From Raja brachyura (taxonomy: Eukaryota): a stretch of DNA of 64,000 bases. This document shows, piece after piece, positions 47,471 to 61,487 of this stretch. A program made the translations under genes and the position numbers. Where the stretch lies: positions 42,718,001 to 42,782,000 of the forward strand of contig OY740792.1 of assembly GCA_963514005.1 (NCBI GenBank), given 5' to 3'. The notes under the pieces are model-generated. The model had not been told where the DNA came from. It ran no database searches and was given only the letters and a program-made list of their open reading frames with translations. The stretch's first letter is position 1; every line of letters begins with the position of its first letter.

Positions 47471-49249
47471 AGCATATCTAGATGGCTGGACATAGCCATC
47501 ACTTGCATAGAATTGCAGCCGCAGCCAAAGAGGAGGAAAAAAGCTAATAATCAGCAGCTACTGTACCTTGCAAGTATTCAATGATCGTTTAAACAGGGCT
47601 TGTGTGCGCTAAGATCATATCTTATTGTGCAAGGCTAAGGGAGACTACAAAGTTCCAAATTAAACATTAAATTGGAGCCATTTTCTGATTGGTAGCATAA
47701 TCTATCTGATTTGTTTAATTTAAAGATGCAGTGTGGAAACATGCCCTTCAACCCATTGAGTCCATGCCGACTATCAATCACCCACACACACTATCCCTCC
47801 TGCACTCTAGGGGCCATTTATAGAAGCCAATTATCCTATGAACCTGCACGTCTATAGAATGTGGGGGGGGGGGGGTAGACTGGAGCACCCGGAAAAAATC
47901 CACATGGTGACGGGGAGAACGTCCAAACTCTACAGGTACAGCACCCGTGGTCAGAACCCGGATCCTTGAGGCTGTGAAGCAGCATCTCTACCGTTTTACC
48001 TCTGTGCAGTCTATCCAATGTATTTTCAGTGCGTATCAGGTATGCACATGCTAACGCTCACACAGATGTGCATCTAGCTATGGTTTCTGCGTCACAACAT
48101 ATTTGACTCTTAACGTGCCCCTCACATACACGAGGGAAGCTAGATTTTGAATTCACAGTGAAATACATTTTTCACGTTCTTATGCACGAAAGTAATCATT
48201 AAACTTCTCCTAGAGGGTGTACTTGAAAATCCAAACCTCAAATCCACCAGCTACTGTATTTGGAGAAATAACTCATGGAAAGAAGAAGAAAGCCTCTTTC
48301 CTTCCACAATATTCTCAAAACCTCTACTTCCCAATTATTCTTTTCTAACCCTTTATGTTCCTTTTTCTTATTCATCACATGGAGGCAAATGGTCGAGATG
48401 TACTGATACAGAATTTTTTTTTAAAGAGCGTAGGTCGATAGTCCTAAATTACTAGAGCTATTATTCTTGATTACAATCCTAAAACAATCCCGCATTTGAG
48501 ACTCCTTCAAAATAAAAGGTGTAAATTTAATCCAAGCTCTGAAAGGGATAGAGGCACAATGCGTTGAAACGTTTACATATGTTTAAGGATACAGTAAACA
48601 CTGTGATTAGTTATCGTAACATGGTGACTAATTTGCTGAATTAGTATCCAGAGGCCTGAACCAATGATCCAAAGAAATCAGTTCATATTATAACCACAGC
48701 TTTGGGCAATTCAAATTCTGGTAATTAAATTAATCGGGAATGAGAAACCTCCTCTCAATATGGCTACCATTATGTTACAAGAATGTAGTAAAAGCCCATC
48801 TGGCTCACAACTGCCCTTCAGGGCAGAAGATCTATTATTCTTCAGTCTCCAGACTCGAAACCCATCAATGTGATTGATTCTTTTACAGGCATTTGGAGTC
48901 AGAAAATAAATGGAGACAGCACCAGCGATATGCGCACTCTGTGAATGAATAGTTCACATGCCAACTCATTGGCTATATTTAAGAGGGAGTTAGATGTGGC
49001 CCTTTTGGCTAAAGGGATCAGGGGGTATGGAGAGAAGGCAGGTACAGGATACTGAGTTGAATGATCAGCCATGATCATATTGAATGGCGGTGCAGGCTCG
49101 AAGTGCCGAATGGCCTACTCCTGCACCTATTTTCTATGTTTCTATGTTTCTATCATGGAGGCACACAGTACAGAGACAGGCCCTTCAGCCCAACTCTTCC
49201 ATACTGACCAATATGCCCATCAAAGCTAGTCCGATTGTGCCAACTTTTT

Positions 49250-49805
49250 TTGTCCTGGGACTCCTATGAAGCCAGAGTGAGGCCACATGCTAATAATTGG
49301 AGGAATACCACCTCATAATCCTGCTGGGCAGCTTACAGCCCAATGGTATGAGCATAGAACTCTCCAATTTTAGGTAGCTAATCAAAAGTTCTCCCCTCCC
49401 TGTTTTCCCACTCCACTCTTCCCTGTGCCCTACATGGACTCTCACCCATTTCTCCGTTCCCCCTCAACCAACATCCTTCCTCTGGCTTCACAATTCACAC
49501 ATCTTCAATCCTTCACACAATTCACACATCTTCACACCTACAGCCCTTTCATCTCTGGCCTTTGTACAAACATCTGCCTATCAACCAACCCCCACCCCAC
49601 CCCACTCCCCCCCCCCCCCCCCCCCACACCCCCACCTATATGCACCTTTCACCTGTCAGGCTTCTCCCTGCCCTATCTCACTTCCTGCTTTCACCCCACC
49701 ATACCACTACAATCAGTCTGAAGAAGGGCCCCGACCTAAAATGCCTCCTATCCCTGTTCTCCAGAGATGCTGCCTGACCGGCTGAGTTACTCCAGCACTT
49801 TGTGT
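49250..49805 (+). mobile_element. Penelope-like element 3' end
   Basis: LEEYHLIILLGSLQPNGMSIELSNFR (Penelope GIY-YIG C-terminus) followed by pseudo-LTR. Confidence 0.8.
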
Positions 49806-52800
49806 GTGTGTGTTTTTAAATGGCAAAACATTAACTCTGTTTCTCTCTCCACAGACACTGCCTGATCTACTGAGTATTTCCAGCACTTCCTATTTTATTT
49901 CAGATCAATAGCATCTGCAGTATTTTGCTAATGTTTTAGTCAATATTTATCCTTCCATTAACGTCATTGGAACAGTTCTTCAGTCATTATCATCGTGTTG
50001 GTTGTGGGATGTCACATGGCTGCCATATTTTCTGCATTACAAGTCAAATCGAATTTATTGTCAACATGCACAAGTAGGGTGAGGTACAGGTGCAATGAAA
50101 ATCTCGCACATAGATGCAGAGATTACATTCCAGAAGATCTTTTATTGTAAGTAAAATATCTTGAGATATCTGGACGTCATGAGAGATATTATAACAATGC
50201 AATTTTCCTCAGGCCATGGGGTTGGGAAATAAGTTAATAGCTATACTGAAAGACACCAATGCATTATCTAAGTGAACAGGGCTTTATAAATTGAGTTGAT
50301 TGAAAATCAGGACACGTCTTTAGTTTATACTTCATAAAACAATAGTAGGTATTAATGGTAATCCAATTAAAGCAAGGTACTTAGAAGAGATTCAGATTGA
50401 TTTACAATCAAGCACAATTCTTCATGCATAGCTTGTAATTCTGCAAAGCTACATGTTTATTTAAAAAAGATAATTCTGCTTTTAACTGTCGCAGACTGTC
50501 ACAAATAAAATCCACACTTGAAGTTTACGCTTTCATCCACCTGAATGATCCAAATGTGCCAGATTTTATACAACACTCTTCTTAACAAACCCAATTCACA
50601 TTATTTAAAATTATCTTAAATCCAGCTAAAAAAAAGCACAAGCGGTCACATATTTATAAATACATGAAGAAAATAATTAAGTCAAGGATGAATACGACAA
50701 CAGACAGGGGCACTATTCAAAATTCTTATCACACAGGGTGAAGCTAGCACTCGAACCAGACTAAAATTCATACAGTCAATCTTTTTGTTAAATAGAAATA
50801 ATGTACAACTTTCCCTTCTCATCCTAACTGCAATTAATTCTTGCTGCAAACTTAATTGATTTCTCTCTCTTATAACAACTTTCCTAAATCTCATATGTCG
50901 AAAATATGGTCTTTCATGCAACTGCTGTTAGTTCTGAGGGGTCGAACATTATTCTCAGCCTACAGTGCATTTATTGGTTGTTTTCAAGCTCCCTTGAAGT
51001 CTTTGGCTCCTGTTCTTTAATGTTTTTAATAAATCAGTTGATTAATCAATCTATTTTACAGTGTTTGTAAAGAAAACAATTCCATATTCCAGCCATCTGA
51101 GATAAAAAACAATAATTGCTGGAAATACTCAACAAGACCTTAAAGATTGACCCAAATCTAGAATTCTATTTCTTTCTCCACATATGCTGCCTGGAAAATG
51201 CTGATTACTTGAATCTCTGCTCCCATTCTTATTTACCACATCACCAAAGAAATCCGGCAAGTATTACACCGTCTCAATTTGTTGGGCTGCGTACCAACCA
51301 TCAGGCTACCCACCAACTCCCGAATAGTTAAGCCCAGAAGGTTAACTGGTATCAAACAACAAATTAAACAGAGAAATATTTTCTAAGCCTCTTCCTCAAG
51401 AGTATATCCCTTGCAACATGACAGTGAAGCAATGATGCATTTGGGTAATCAAAGACATGCAAAAGCACCCCTGTTGACTCAGCAAATACTTTTTTTTAAA
51501 CGTAAGTGTACCATCTTTTAACATAAAAGGATCATGATGGGGACATAGCAATCTATCAATTAATAATTTTATCCCAATGCAATTTTACCCATTCTTGCAT
51601 CATTGCAGTCTCCTGGTGCATGTTTACATTGTAAAGACTATGGGCTCATAAACACGTGACAATTCCTCCTCTTGGCCATGTCTCCTCAGGTGTCAGAGGT
51701 TATGGGGAGAAGGCAGGAGAATGGGGTTAGGAGGGAGAGATAGATCAGCCATGATTGAATGGCAGAGTAGACTTGATGGGCCAAATTGCCTAATTCTGCT
51801 CCTATCACTTATGATCTCTTTGCCTCCAGTGCTAACACACTGCATTGTACTGCAGCCCTCCAATCCAAAGCCCATCCATGACCAAGACTTCACACTGTGG
51901 GACATGAGATCCTGCCCCAACACCACTGCTGTCATTGCATGTTTCACCATTTAATTTAATTTCAGAGGCATATAATACCAGTTTAATTTTTTATCACAAT
52001 TACATTAAGGTGGCACAGAGGCGCACCTCGGATGCTGTCTGTGCGGAGTTTGTCCCACTGTGACTGCAAAGGTCGTCTCTGGGTGCTCAAAACGTCACCC
52101 TTCCTTTTTCTCCAGAGATGCTGCCTGATCCACTGCATTACTCCAGCACTTTGTGTCTATCTTCGGTATAAACCAGCATCTGCAATACCTTGTTTCTATA
52201 ATATAGATTACGTTACCTTTGATGTCTCAATTGGTAAAACAGGGTGGAATGTAGAGTGGATTGAGTTACAGTAATGATACAGCTGACCCGCTGAGTTACT
52301 CCAGCACTTTGTGTCTATCTTTGGTATAAACCAACATCTGCAGTTCCTTCTGACACACTTTGGTGTTTGTATAGTCGATCAAGAACAAACACCATGGCAG
52401 AGTAAGTCCAGTCCTTTAAATAATTGGAGTAAAAAATTTAAAATGCAATTGTAGAGTTTTATTATGTAGCAAAATTAAATGTTAATGTGACTTCTTAACG
52501 TGTCCAGTCTGGCTTTTTTTCTCGTAATCCAGTATTTATCTCCTTGTCCGTGATTTGACTTTGAATTATCATGCTGTTCTACTTTTACACCTCAGATCCT
52601 GTGTGATTTATCTCACAATTTTCCATTTGATTTGTTCAGGAGATCCACAGTTTCTTTCACTGTTCCATCAGGTCCCAGATGTCAGTGCTGTGATGTTTAT
52701 CAGCTTGCATTTGCAACAACACGGCATGTAAAATATTTGAATACTGATTGCCGAAGGAAAAATCAAATCTACAGCCGATACTGCCACATTTTATAATTGG

Positions 52801-52817
52801 TCCTGATACATTAAAGC

Positions 52818-53193
52818 CTTGGGCAGCTTACAAATAAGGTTTCTCTAACTTCAAATAACCCTTACATTCCCCCTCTCTCCATCCCTCCCCCACCTTAGTC
52901 ATCCTGCTAGTTTTACTGTTTGTGTCCCTTCGTTATCACCTCTTCCACAGCCAACAAGGGACCATTGTGGGCTCCACCTTTCCTGACCTCGGTCATTGGT
53001 GCCAGCTCTGATTTGTTCTGTATATTTTCCTACCTCTAATTTCCCTCTCTACTGACGCTCAGTCCGAGGAAGGATCTCGACCTGAAACTTCCCCTATTCC
53101 TTTTCTCCAAAGATGCTGCTCAACCCGTTGAGTTACTCCAACATTTTGTGTCTATCTTCGGTGTGAAGCAGCACCTGCAGTTCCTTCCTACAC
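52818..53193 (+). mobile_element. Penelope-like element 3' end
   Basis: LGSLQ remnant followed by pseudo-LTR; homologous to 44328-44663. Confidence 0.7.
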
Positions 53194-55094
53194 ATTAAAA
53201 CCTATGCCTTATTTAGTTATGTATTACAATATTTTAATAACTTTACGAACTCTAAAAAATAATCAAAAGGGATTATGTGTTAAGAATCTCACAGCCTTAT
53301 GTTTGTTAACCTGGCCAGGGTCATTAAACCTGACATTTAACGAAGAATTCAGTGAAAGCACTGAACAAATATTGTGACTCCCCCTGCTCTTCAGAACTGG
53401 TGCTCAACAGGGAACAAAACTATACATTATATATGCAGACATGCTGTCCTTCAGGAAAAATTAATGGGCTTGAGTTACCGTATGTGGAATATTTTTGAAA
53501 CACAGACATTGCATTTCATAGATATGTTAAGCTTTGCAATGTGGCTGTTATTACACTGAAGTAGCCATTATGTGTAATTGCCGGTACAGAACATCACTGG
53601 TAGACAAAATTAAAAATATAAAGGGGAAACAATCCACATGCTCAATAGAACAATATGCCGTTGCTATAGAAACCGATGTTCTGTGGTGGACTTATTCCAA
53701 ATCATGGAACCTGTCGCACTATGAGCTCCAGATCTTCTGATTTCTTTCTGAGATGAGAAAGCAGGATTTCTGCTGGCAGGGCCATTCGTCTTGGATATTT
53801 TTAAACTCTCTTTCGTAGCAATAATTAGAAATTAAATTTGAATAATCCAAAATTCTATTGACAGTAGCTAATGTGAATCATATTGTGAATTCACTGACAA
53901 CTCCAATTTGCTTCATCCATGAAAGGGTGGAGTTAAAAATATTGCAGTGTGCCAGCTGTAAATAATGGATTCTCGTGATTATATATTCAAGGGGAATATT
54001 TAAATGATCTATTCAGGTTAGTGCATAATTGTTTGTTTAAATGTAGGAAAACATTATATTTCTCAGTTCCTATGCAGAACAAAAACAATTGGTAATGTGT
54101 TTTTTGTCTGAGAATGCAATATTTTAATCTGCTTCTGCTAAATCATATCTATACATTTAAAGGTAAAGGTAGTCTGGAGATAATCCTTTCCTCAGACTAA
54201 TCCCTGGATGTGTGTCAGAAATGTAAGATTCAATATCTTCAAATGTGTTATCATGGGAAATAGTTTCTCAGCAGACTTTATTTGTGGAAGGTTTCAATTA
54301 ACAACATTATTTTATATATGTATTTCATAAGTTCATAAGTCAAAGGAGCAAATGTAGGCCATTCAGCCCATTGGGTCTAATCTGGTCTGCCATTCAATCA
54401 TGGCTGATCTATCTTTCCCTCTCAACCCCATTCTCCTGCGTTCTCCCCGTAACCCCTGACACCCTTACTAAACAATGACACCATTATTAATCAATTGATT
54501 CATATCTAAGGAGAACTGTTTTATTCTCTAAACCTCTTCTCATCCTCTCCAGAGCCTCCACAACATATCTGTAATGTGGTGACCAAAACTGCACGCAATA
54601 CTCCAAATGTGGTCTGGCCAGTGTCCCATAAAGCATGCAATATGATCTCATGACTCTTATTCCCAAAGCCCCCATCGATGAAGGCAAGCATACGATATTC
54701 TAGTTACCTCACACTTCGCAAAGATGTGCTGGTTGGCAGGTTAAGTACCTGCTGTAAATCACATCCCATTGTAGGTGGGTGTGGAAGAGCAAGGGTGAAA
54801 TGGATGGGCACACCAGAGGGAAATAAGTGCGGGAAAGAGACGGATGTAAATGTTCCGACAGCTTCCTCCGCTGACGGGAAAATGTGAAAGGTAAATAGTT
54901 AAAATAGATCTAAATGGCCAAAATAAACTGTGTTGCAGAGAACCGACATCAAATGAATCCTTCAACTTACTGCTGCTCTATCTCTATTGGTTCAAAATAT
55001 AAATTACTGCGAGTTAAAAATAAATATATAGGGACAGCTGCAAAAGCTGCAACAGCCCATGGACACTAGACTGTTCTAGATGTCTGTATTTGTT

Positions 55095-55690
55095 TTGTTT
55101 AGTTTCTTATTATTGTCATGTGTACCGAGGTACTGCAAAAAACCTTTTTGTTGCATTTTAACCAGTCAGCGGAAAGACTATACGTGATAACAAATAACAC
55201 ATCCACAGTGTACAGATACAGGATAAGGAAAGTAACATTTAGTGCAAGATAAAGTCCAGTAAAGTCTGATTAAAGATAGTTTGAGGGTCTCCAATGAGGT
55301 GGATGGTAGGTCAGGACTACTCTCTAGTTGGTGACAGGAGATAGGTGTCTCGTCCAGTTGCTTAATAACAGCTGGGAAGAAACCGTCCCTGAATCTGGAA
55401 GTGTCCGATTTAAAACTTGCCTGTTGTGAGTGGGGAGAAGAGGGAGTGATCGGGGTGAGACTCGTCCTTGATTACGTTGGTGGCCTTGCCAAGGCTGCAT
55501 TAAGGGTAGGTGGTGTCAGTGGAAGGGAGGTTGGTTTGCATGTTGGCTCGGGCTAGCTCCATAACTCTGCAATTTCTTGCGGTCTTGGAATGAGTTGTTC
55601 CCAAACCATACTGTGATACATTTGATAAAATGCTTTCTACGGTGGATCTGTGGAGGTTGGTGAGGATTGCTGGGATATGCCAGACTAACT
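55095..55690 (-). mobile_element. Rex1/Babar-like LINE 3' fragment
   Basis: Minus-strand ILTNLHRSTVESILS..NLPST; same 3'UTR as 34830-35318. Confidence 0.75.
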
Positions 55691-56319
55691 TCAGCACAAA
55701 TTCATTACAAGTCAGAGGGCATTGACTACTTTTTGCTGGCCTGCAGTCACATCTCAGAGGAAAGACCTGGGGCAAAAAGGAGAGAATGCAGCTGTGTGGT
55801 GGATAAGTGGTGAATCAAGGGGAGATAGAGAAATAAAGGATATGGTTTCTGGTCCTATCCCACAATAAATTTAGTACTTGCAATATAAGAGTATAGGTTT
55901 GTGGAAAGATAACTGACCTCAGGAGCTGTCTGTGTGGAGTTTGCTCTTTCTCCCTGTGACCACGGGGGTTTCTTCCGGGTGCTCCAGTTTCCTCCCACAT
56001 CCCAAAAGACGTGCAGGTTTGCAGGTTAATTGGCCATCTGTAAAATTGCCCCTAGAGTGTAGGGAATGGATGAGAAAGTGGGACAACATGGAACTAGTGT
56101 GGGACAAAAAAGTGCTGGAGTAACTCAGCAGATCAAGCAGCATCTCTGGAGAACACAGATAGGTGTTCGGGACCCTGCTTCAGAATGCGGTGATGTTTTG
56201 GGTCAAGACCTTGGTTTCCTTGGTTCAAAATGGAACTAATGTGAACGGATGAACAATGGTCGGCATGGACCCGGTGGGCCGATAGGCCTTTTGCCATGCT
56301 ACCACTCTATATTAAGTGG

Positions 56320-56900
56320 CCGCGGAAGTGGCCGCGCTGGCTGGCAGCTGCGGCTCACCTGCAGTCCATCTGTTTTTTTTCTTTTTTTTGTTGTCTAGTG
56401 TTTGTTTAGTAGAATTTTGTTTTATTAGGTTGTGCATGTGGAGTGTGGGGTGTGGGGGGGTGGGAGAAACAGAGTCTTAGTCTCACCCTCCGGGGGGATG
56501 CGTGTCCCCGTCACCATCTGTGCAGAGGCCTAATGGTGGAGCTGCGGCGGTGGCCTGGTTTGAAGCTGCGGTGCTCCAGCGGCGGCGGCGGTCCGGCTTA
56601 GAGCTGCGGTGCTCCAGCGGCGAGGGCGGTCCGGCTTGGAGCTGCGGTGCTCCAGCGGCGGCGGCGGCCTGGATCGCCTCAGCGCAGAGGGAGAACTAGG
56701 AGGGATGAAAACAATGACTTAAGACTTTTGCCTTCCACCACAGTGAGGAGGTGCCTGGTGAACTCATTGTGGTGGATGTTGGATATGTGTTTATTGTGTT
56801 TTTTATTTTATTTTATTATATATTATGACTGTATGGTAACAATTTTGTTCAGACCGAAAGGTCTGAATGACAATAAAGGAATCTAATCTAATCTAATCTA
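56320..56900 (+). mobile_element. GC-rich non-autonomous retroelement with internal ~35-bp repeats and (aatct)n tail
   Basis: ggcggcggtccggctt(a/g)gagctgcggtgctccagc repeats at ~56540-56670; ends caataaagga(atcta)n. Confidence 0.55.
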
Positions 56901-57862
56901 ATATTAAAGAAATAACCTTTGTGCTTACAAAGGCCCAATGAACCAAGATTTGGTCAGGAGATGGTGGGAAGAGTCGTCGCAGGGAAGAATGGAAGAAACA
57001 TGATAAATAGGTGCAGGAGTAGGCCATTCTGCCCTTTGAATGCACCACCATTCAATATGATTATGGCTGATCAATCAAAATCAGTACCCCATTCCAGCTT
57101 TTTCCCCATATCCGTTGATTCCCTTAGCCCTAAGAGCTAAATCTAACTCTCTCTTGAAAACATCTAGTGAATTGGCCTCCACTACCTTCTGTGGCAGAGA
57201 GTTCCACATATTCACAACTCTCTGAATCTGAAAGTTTTTCCTCATCTCAGTCCGAAATGACCTACCCCTTATTCTTAGACTGTGACCCCTGGTTCTGGAC
57301 TCCCCTAACATCGGGAACATTTTTCCTGCATCTACCCTGTCCAATCCTCTAAGAATTTTATACGTTTCTACAAGATCCACTCTCATCCTTCTAAATTCAA
57401 GCATATACAAGCCCAGTCAATGCATTCTTTCATCACATGTCAGTTCCTCCACCCCGGGAATTAACCTGGTGAACCTACGCTGCACTCCCTCAATAGCAAT
57501 GATGTCCTTCCTCAAATTAGGAGAGCAAAATTGCACACAATACTCCAGGTATGGTCTCACCAGGGCACTGTCCAACAGCAGTAGGACCTCCTTACTCCTA
57601 AACTCAAATTCTCTCGCAATGAAGGGCAACATGCCATTAGCTTTCTTCATTACCTGCATGCTTACTTTCAGTGACTGATGTACAAGCACACACAGGTCTT
57701 GTGGCACCTCCCCTTCTCCTAATCTGACACCATTCAGATAATAATCTGCCTTCCTGTTGTTGCCATCTATGTGGATAACCTCACATTTATCCACATTATA
57801 TTGCATCTGCCATGCTTCTGTTCACTCACCCAACCTATCCAAGTCACTCTGCAGCCTCATAG

Positions 57863-58306
57863 TAGGTATGTTACAAAACTTCCCTTCAGCGGCACTGCCA
57901 TTCTGCCACTGGCCGGGTGCACAACTTTGGAGCCTTTGAGGGGGGGCGGCAGGATTAAAATGCCGTTTTCTCCTGCCTGTCGGAGTCGATCTTTCTCAGC
58001 CTGTTCAGCTGCTGCAGAAAAATCACTCTGACATCCGTTCTCTGAAGTTTTTTAAAAACATCGTGTTTTTTAAAAACAAAGTTATGGGCTTTTGACTGTC
58101 CTTAATCACAGCTTTTGAGTTAAGTTAATGGAAAAGCAATAGGGTACAAGATGCTAATTTCCGAGTATGAAAATGGTCATAACTTTTTTAATACTGAATA
58201 TATGAAAGTGAATTAGGTGTCAAATTAAACTTCTTTTTATGCTTTATCTGATGGGATAAAGTGCAGACTTGATTTTTATAAAATCTCAAAATTTGTAACA
58301 TTGCTA
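57863..58306. mobile_element. hAT-like non-autonomous DNA transposon (deletion derivative of 17721-18752, opposite orientation)
   Basis: Termini taggtatgttacaaaa / tttgtaacattgcta; CTCATAG duplicated at 57856-57862 and 58307-58313. Confidence 0.85.
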
Positions 58307-58785
58307 CTCATAGCATCCTCCTCGCAGCTCACACTGCCACCCAGCTTTGTGTCATCCGCAAACTTAGAGATTTTACATTTAATACCTTTGTCCAAATTGT
58401 ATATTGTAAACAACTGGGGTCCAATTCCGAGCCTTGCGGCACCCCACTAGTCACTGCCTGCAATGCTGAAAAGGACCCGTTAATTCCTACTCTTTCCTTC
58501 CTTTCTGCCAACCAGTTCTCTATCCATGTCAATATCCTACCCCCAATACCATGTGCTCTGATTTTGCACACTAATCTCATGTGGGACCTTGTTAAAGGCT
58601 TTTTGAAAGTCCAGATACACCGCATCCACTGGCTCTCCCTTATCCATTCTACTTGTTACATCCTCAAATAATTCCAGAAGATTAGTCAAGCATGATTCCC
58701 CTTTCATAAATACATGCTAAGTTTGACTGATCCTGTCACTGCTTTCCAAATGCTCTGCTTTAACATCTTTAATAATCGATTCCAG

Positions 58786-59473
58786 TGTAAATAAGCTCTT
58801 TCTAAGCTTCCCCCCAGTCTAGTTTGGTCAATAATCCACTGATTCATGCACTGGAACAAGTAAACTTTATTTTTAGAAACCACAAAAAATCACCCTATAC
58901 GATACCTAAACCACAGCAGGTTCAATCCTTGTATCTGCCTGGCCAAGCCCTTTAGCCTTGTGCAAGCAGAAACACTCCAAAAGGTCACGCAGTCCCAAGC
59001 GCTCTTCCAGAATATCGACAACGGACCTCGTGGGGGCTGCCTTTTATAGGTCCCCGAACCTTGAGGGGCCGAACTAAAGTGGGGTGGTACATTTACAATC
59101 CAATCAAGTATAACAAATGACAATAACACATTACTGACAGGTACACAGGCCAATTACAGAATCTTTTTACATTGTTGCAGATGAAGCTTCTGGAAGGGGC
59201 TAACCGAACCTTGACTATGCAACATTTACCCTGGGATTCAAACAAACCAGACAGGGCTTAACATTTCAACCAATCAACACTTAACAGGGTAACTGTCTCT
59301 CAACATTATTTACAATATATACAAGGCTCTTGCAAAGACCTAATTAACCTCATACATTTTACATTTCCTATGATGTTCAGAGAACACCAGACTTGACCAA
59401 AATGGCCTAGCAATACATAAGTCCTTATTAAAGTGTGGATACTATTGCTGCTCGATTTCAGCCAGGATTAACA
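58786..59473 (-). mobile_element. Solo LTR (ERV- or Gypsy-type), 688 bp
   Basis: TG...CA ends; CCAG TSD at 58782-58785 and 59474-59477; minus-strand TATAAAA (59042-59048) upstream of AATAAA (58866-58871); interrupts CR1 RT. Confidence 0.85.
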
Positions 59474-59821
59474 CCAGCGTCTTCCCCACTACCGATGTAA
59501 GGTTAACTGGTCTATAATTCCCCGTATTATCTCTCCCTCCTTTCTTAAAAAGTAGAGTTACATTAGCTACCCTCCAACCCACAGGAACCGATCCAGAGTC
59601 GAGAGAACATTAGAAAATAATTACCAATGCATCCATGATTTTTAGAGCCACCTCCTTGAGTACACTGGGATGCAGACCATCAGGCTCTGGGCATTTATCT
59701 GCCTTTAGTCCCAATAGTTTACCGAACAACATTTTCTGACATGTGGATTCCCTACAGTTCCTCCGTCCCACTAGATCCTCGGTCTCCTAGTGTTTCTGGG
59801 GGATTGTTTGTGTCTTCCTTA

Positions 59822-60150
59822 TGGGCCTGTCCCACTTAGGTGACTTTTTAGGATGTCTCATTGGGGAAAAAAAACGTAAGCAAGGATAACCAACCTGTAA
59901 TGTTAAATGTCCGCCGAACTTCACAGCCATGTATCTCTGGCTTCTTAAAAGTTGGCTCCACTCCTTCTCCCTCCTTCTCCCCCTTCTCCCCCCCCCCCCC
60001 CCCCCCTTTTAAAGGACTTACCGTACACTGTGCTTTAGCCATTTTAATTATAGCACCAACCTTCCTGTTCATTGCGGTTTTCTGTATACAACTCCAACAA
60101 GCGCTTTCTGCCCTTGGCTATTTCGCAGTTCTACCCATGCCGATTCTACA
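59822..60150. mobile_element. Truncated PIF/Harbinger-like MITE in CR1
   Basis: TTA followed by left TIR tgggcctgtcccacttagg; internal match to 26350-26440; right TIR absent. Confidence 0.6.
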
Positions 60151-60849
60151 GCATCCAAGCTATTGTATCAGCATGCCATTGCATTAATTTCCTCTTTAAC
60201 CAGCAATGCCACCACATCTCCTCTATCTATCCTTCCTGCATTCCATCGAATACCTCTGCATGTTTACCCTGGTCACCCTGGAGCCATGTCTCCGTAATTC
60301 CAACTATATCATATCCCTTAACTATTAACTGAGCATTCAATTCACCCACCTTATTTTGAATGTTCCTCCCATTAAGGCATAAAGTTTTCAGGGTAATTTT
60401 TCTCAACTCTCTTCTACCTTTTGCTTCTGTCCTCCTTTTATGGCCCTCTGTCTCCTTGCATTGGGTCCCATCCCCCTGCCCTGTTAGTTTAAACGTGACC
60501 TTTCCTACACTCTCCCGTTAGCTGCACGGATACACGCCCACGTTGTTGACTCCCCCCCCCCCCCCCCCCACTTTGTAGTTTTAACCCATCCGTGTAGCAC
60601 TGGCAAACCTGCCTGCCAGAATGTCAGTCCCCTTCGGTCCCCACTAAAAGAGTTATCGTTGTAGATTATTAAATAATTAGGCACATCATTAATGTTCTCT
60701 TCAGTTTCAGTCAAGAGTCCAGGAGGACCAGTTGCTGAATTGTGATAATAATCACAAGGGAGGGAAATTGTGAAGGGCAGGGGGAGATCCCAATAACCAC
60801 GGGTCAGGATGGGACGAATGAAAAGAGAAGAGATCCACAACATAGAAGA

Positions 60850-61060
60850 CAGACACAAAATGCTGGAGTAACTCAGCGGGTCAGGCAGCATCTCTAGAGA
60901 AAAGGAATTAGTGCTGTTTCCAGTCAGAACCCTTCTTCAGACGAGGGTTCCAACCCAAAACTTCACCCATTCCTTTTCTCCAGAGATGCTGCCCGACCCA
61001 TTGAGTTACTCCAGCATTTTTTGTCTATCTTCGGTATAAACCAGCATCTGCATTTCCTTC
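60850..61060. mobile_element. Penelope-derived palindromic element
   Basis: Inverted arms agacacaaaatgctggagtaactcagc / gagttactccagcattttttgtct. Confidence 0.7.
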
Positions 61061-61487
61061 CTCCTCAATATAGTATATCAGAGGCTAAGAACAAATATTT
61101 AAAATAACAGATCCTTATGAGTGGAAGTCTCCTATTCATAAGTTATAGGAGCAGAATTAGGCCATCTGGCCATTCAAAACTATACTGTCCTTAAATTGCT
61201 CCATGAGCTGGTTAGCAAATGGTTGGGCAGATTGGAAAGGTAAAGGGTTTGCTGGTGTGAGAGGGAGGGGGGAAGGGTGAACTTCATTTCACAGAAAAGC
61301 ACACGTAACTTGAAAGGAAGGAGCTTTACCACAAGAGAGCTTCCACTTGAACCCGAGTCAGACCAGAGTCCCAGCAGAACAGATAGATAAAATAAGAACA
61401 TCGAATAGTACAGCACAGGTACAGGCCCTTTGCAGCATTTTGTGTCTATCTTTGGTGTAAACCAGGATCTACACTTTCATTTTATTA

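Larger units (their letters stand above)
56995..60400 (-). mobile_element. CR1/HER1 LINE carrying three nested insertions
   Basis: Track ORFs 57081..57410, 57417..57806, 58329..58625; RT continues 59474-59820; endonuclease remnant ~60160-60400. Confidence 0.9.
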
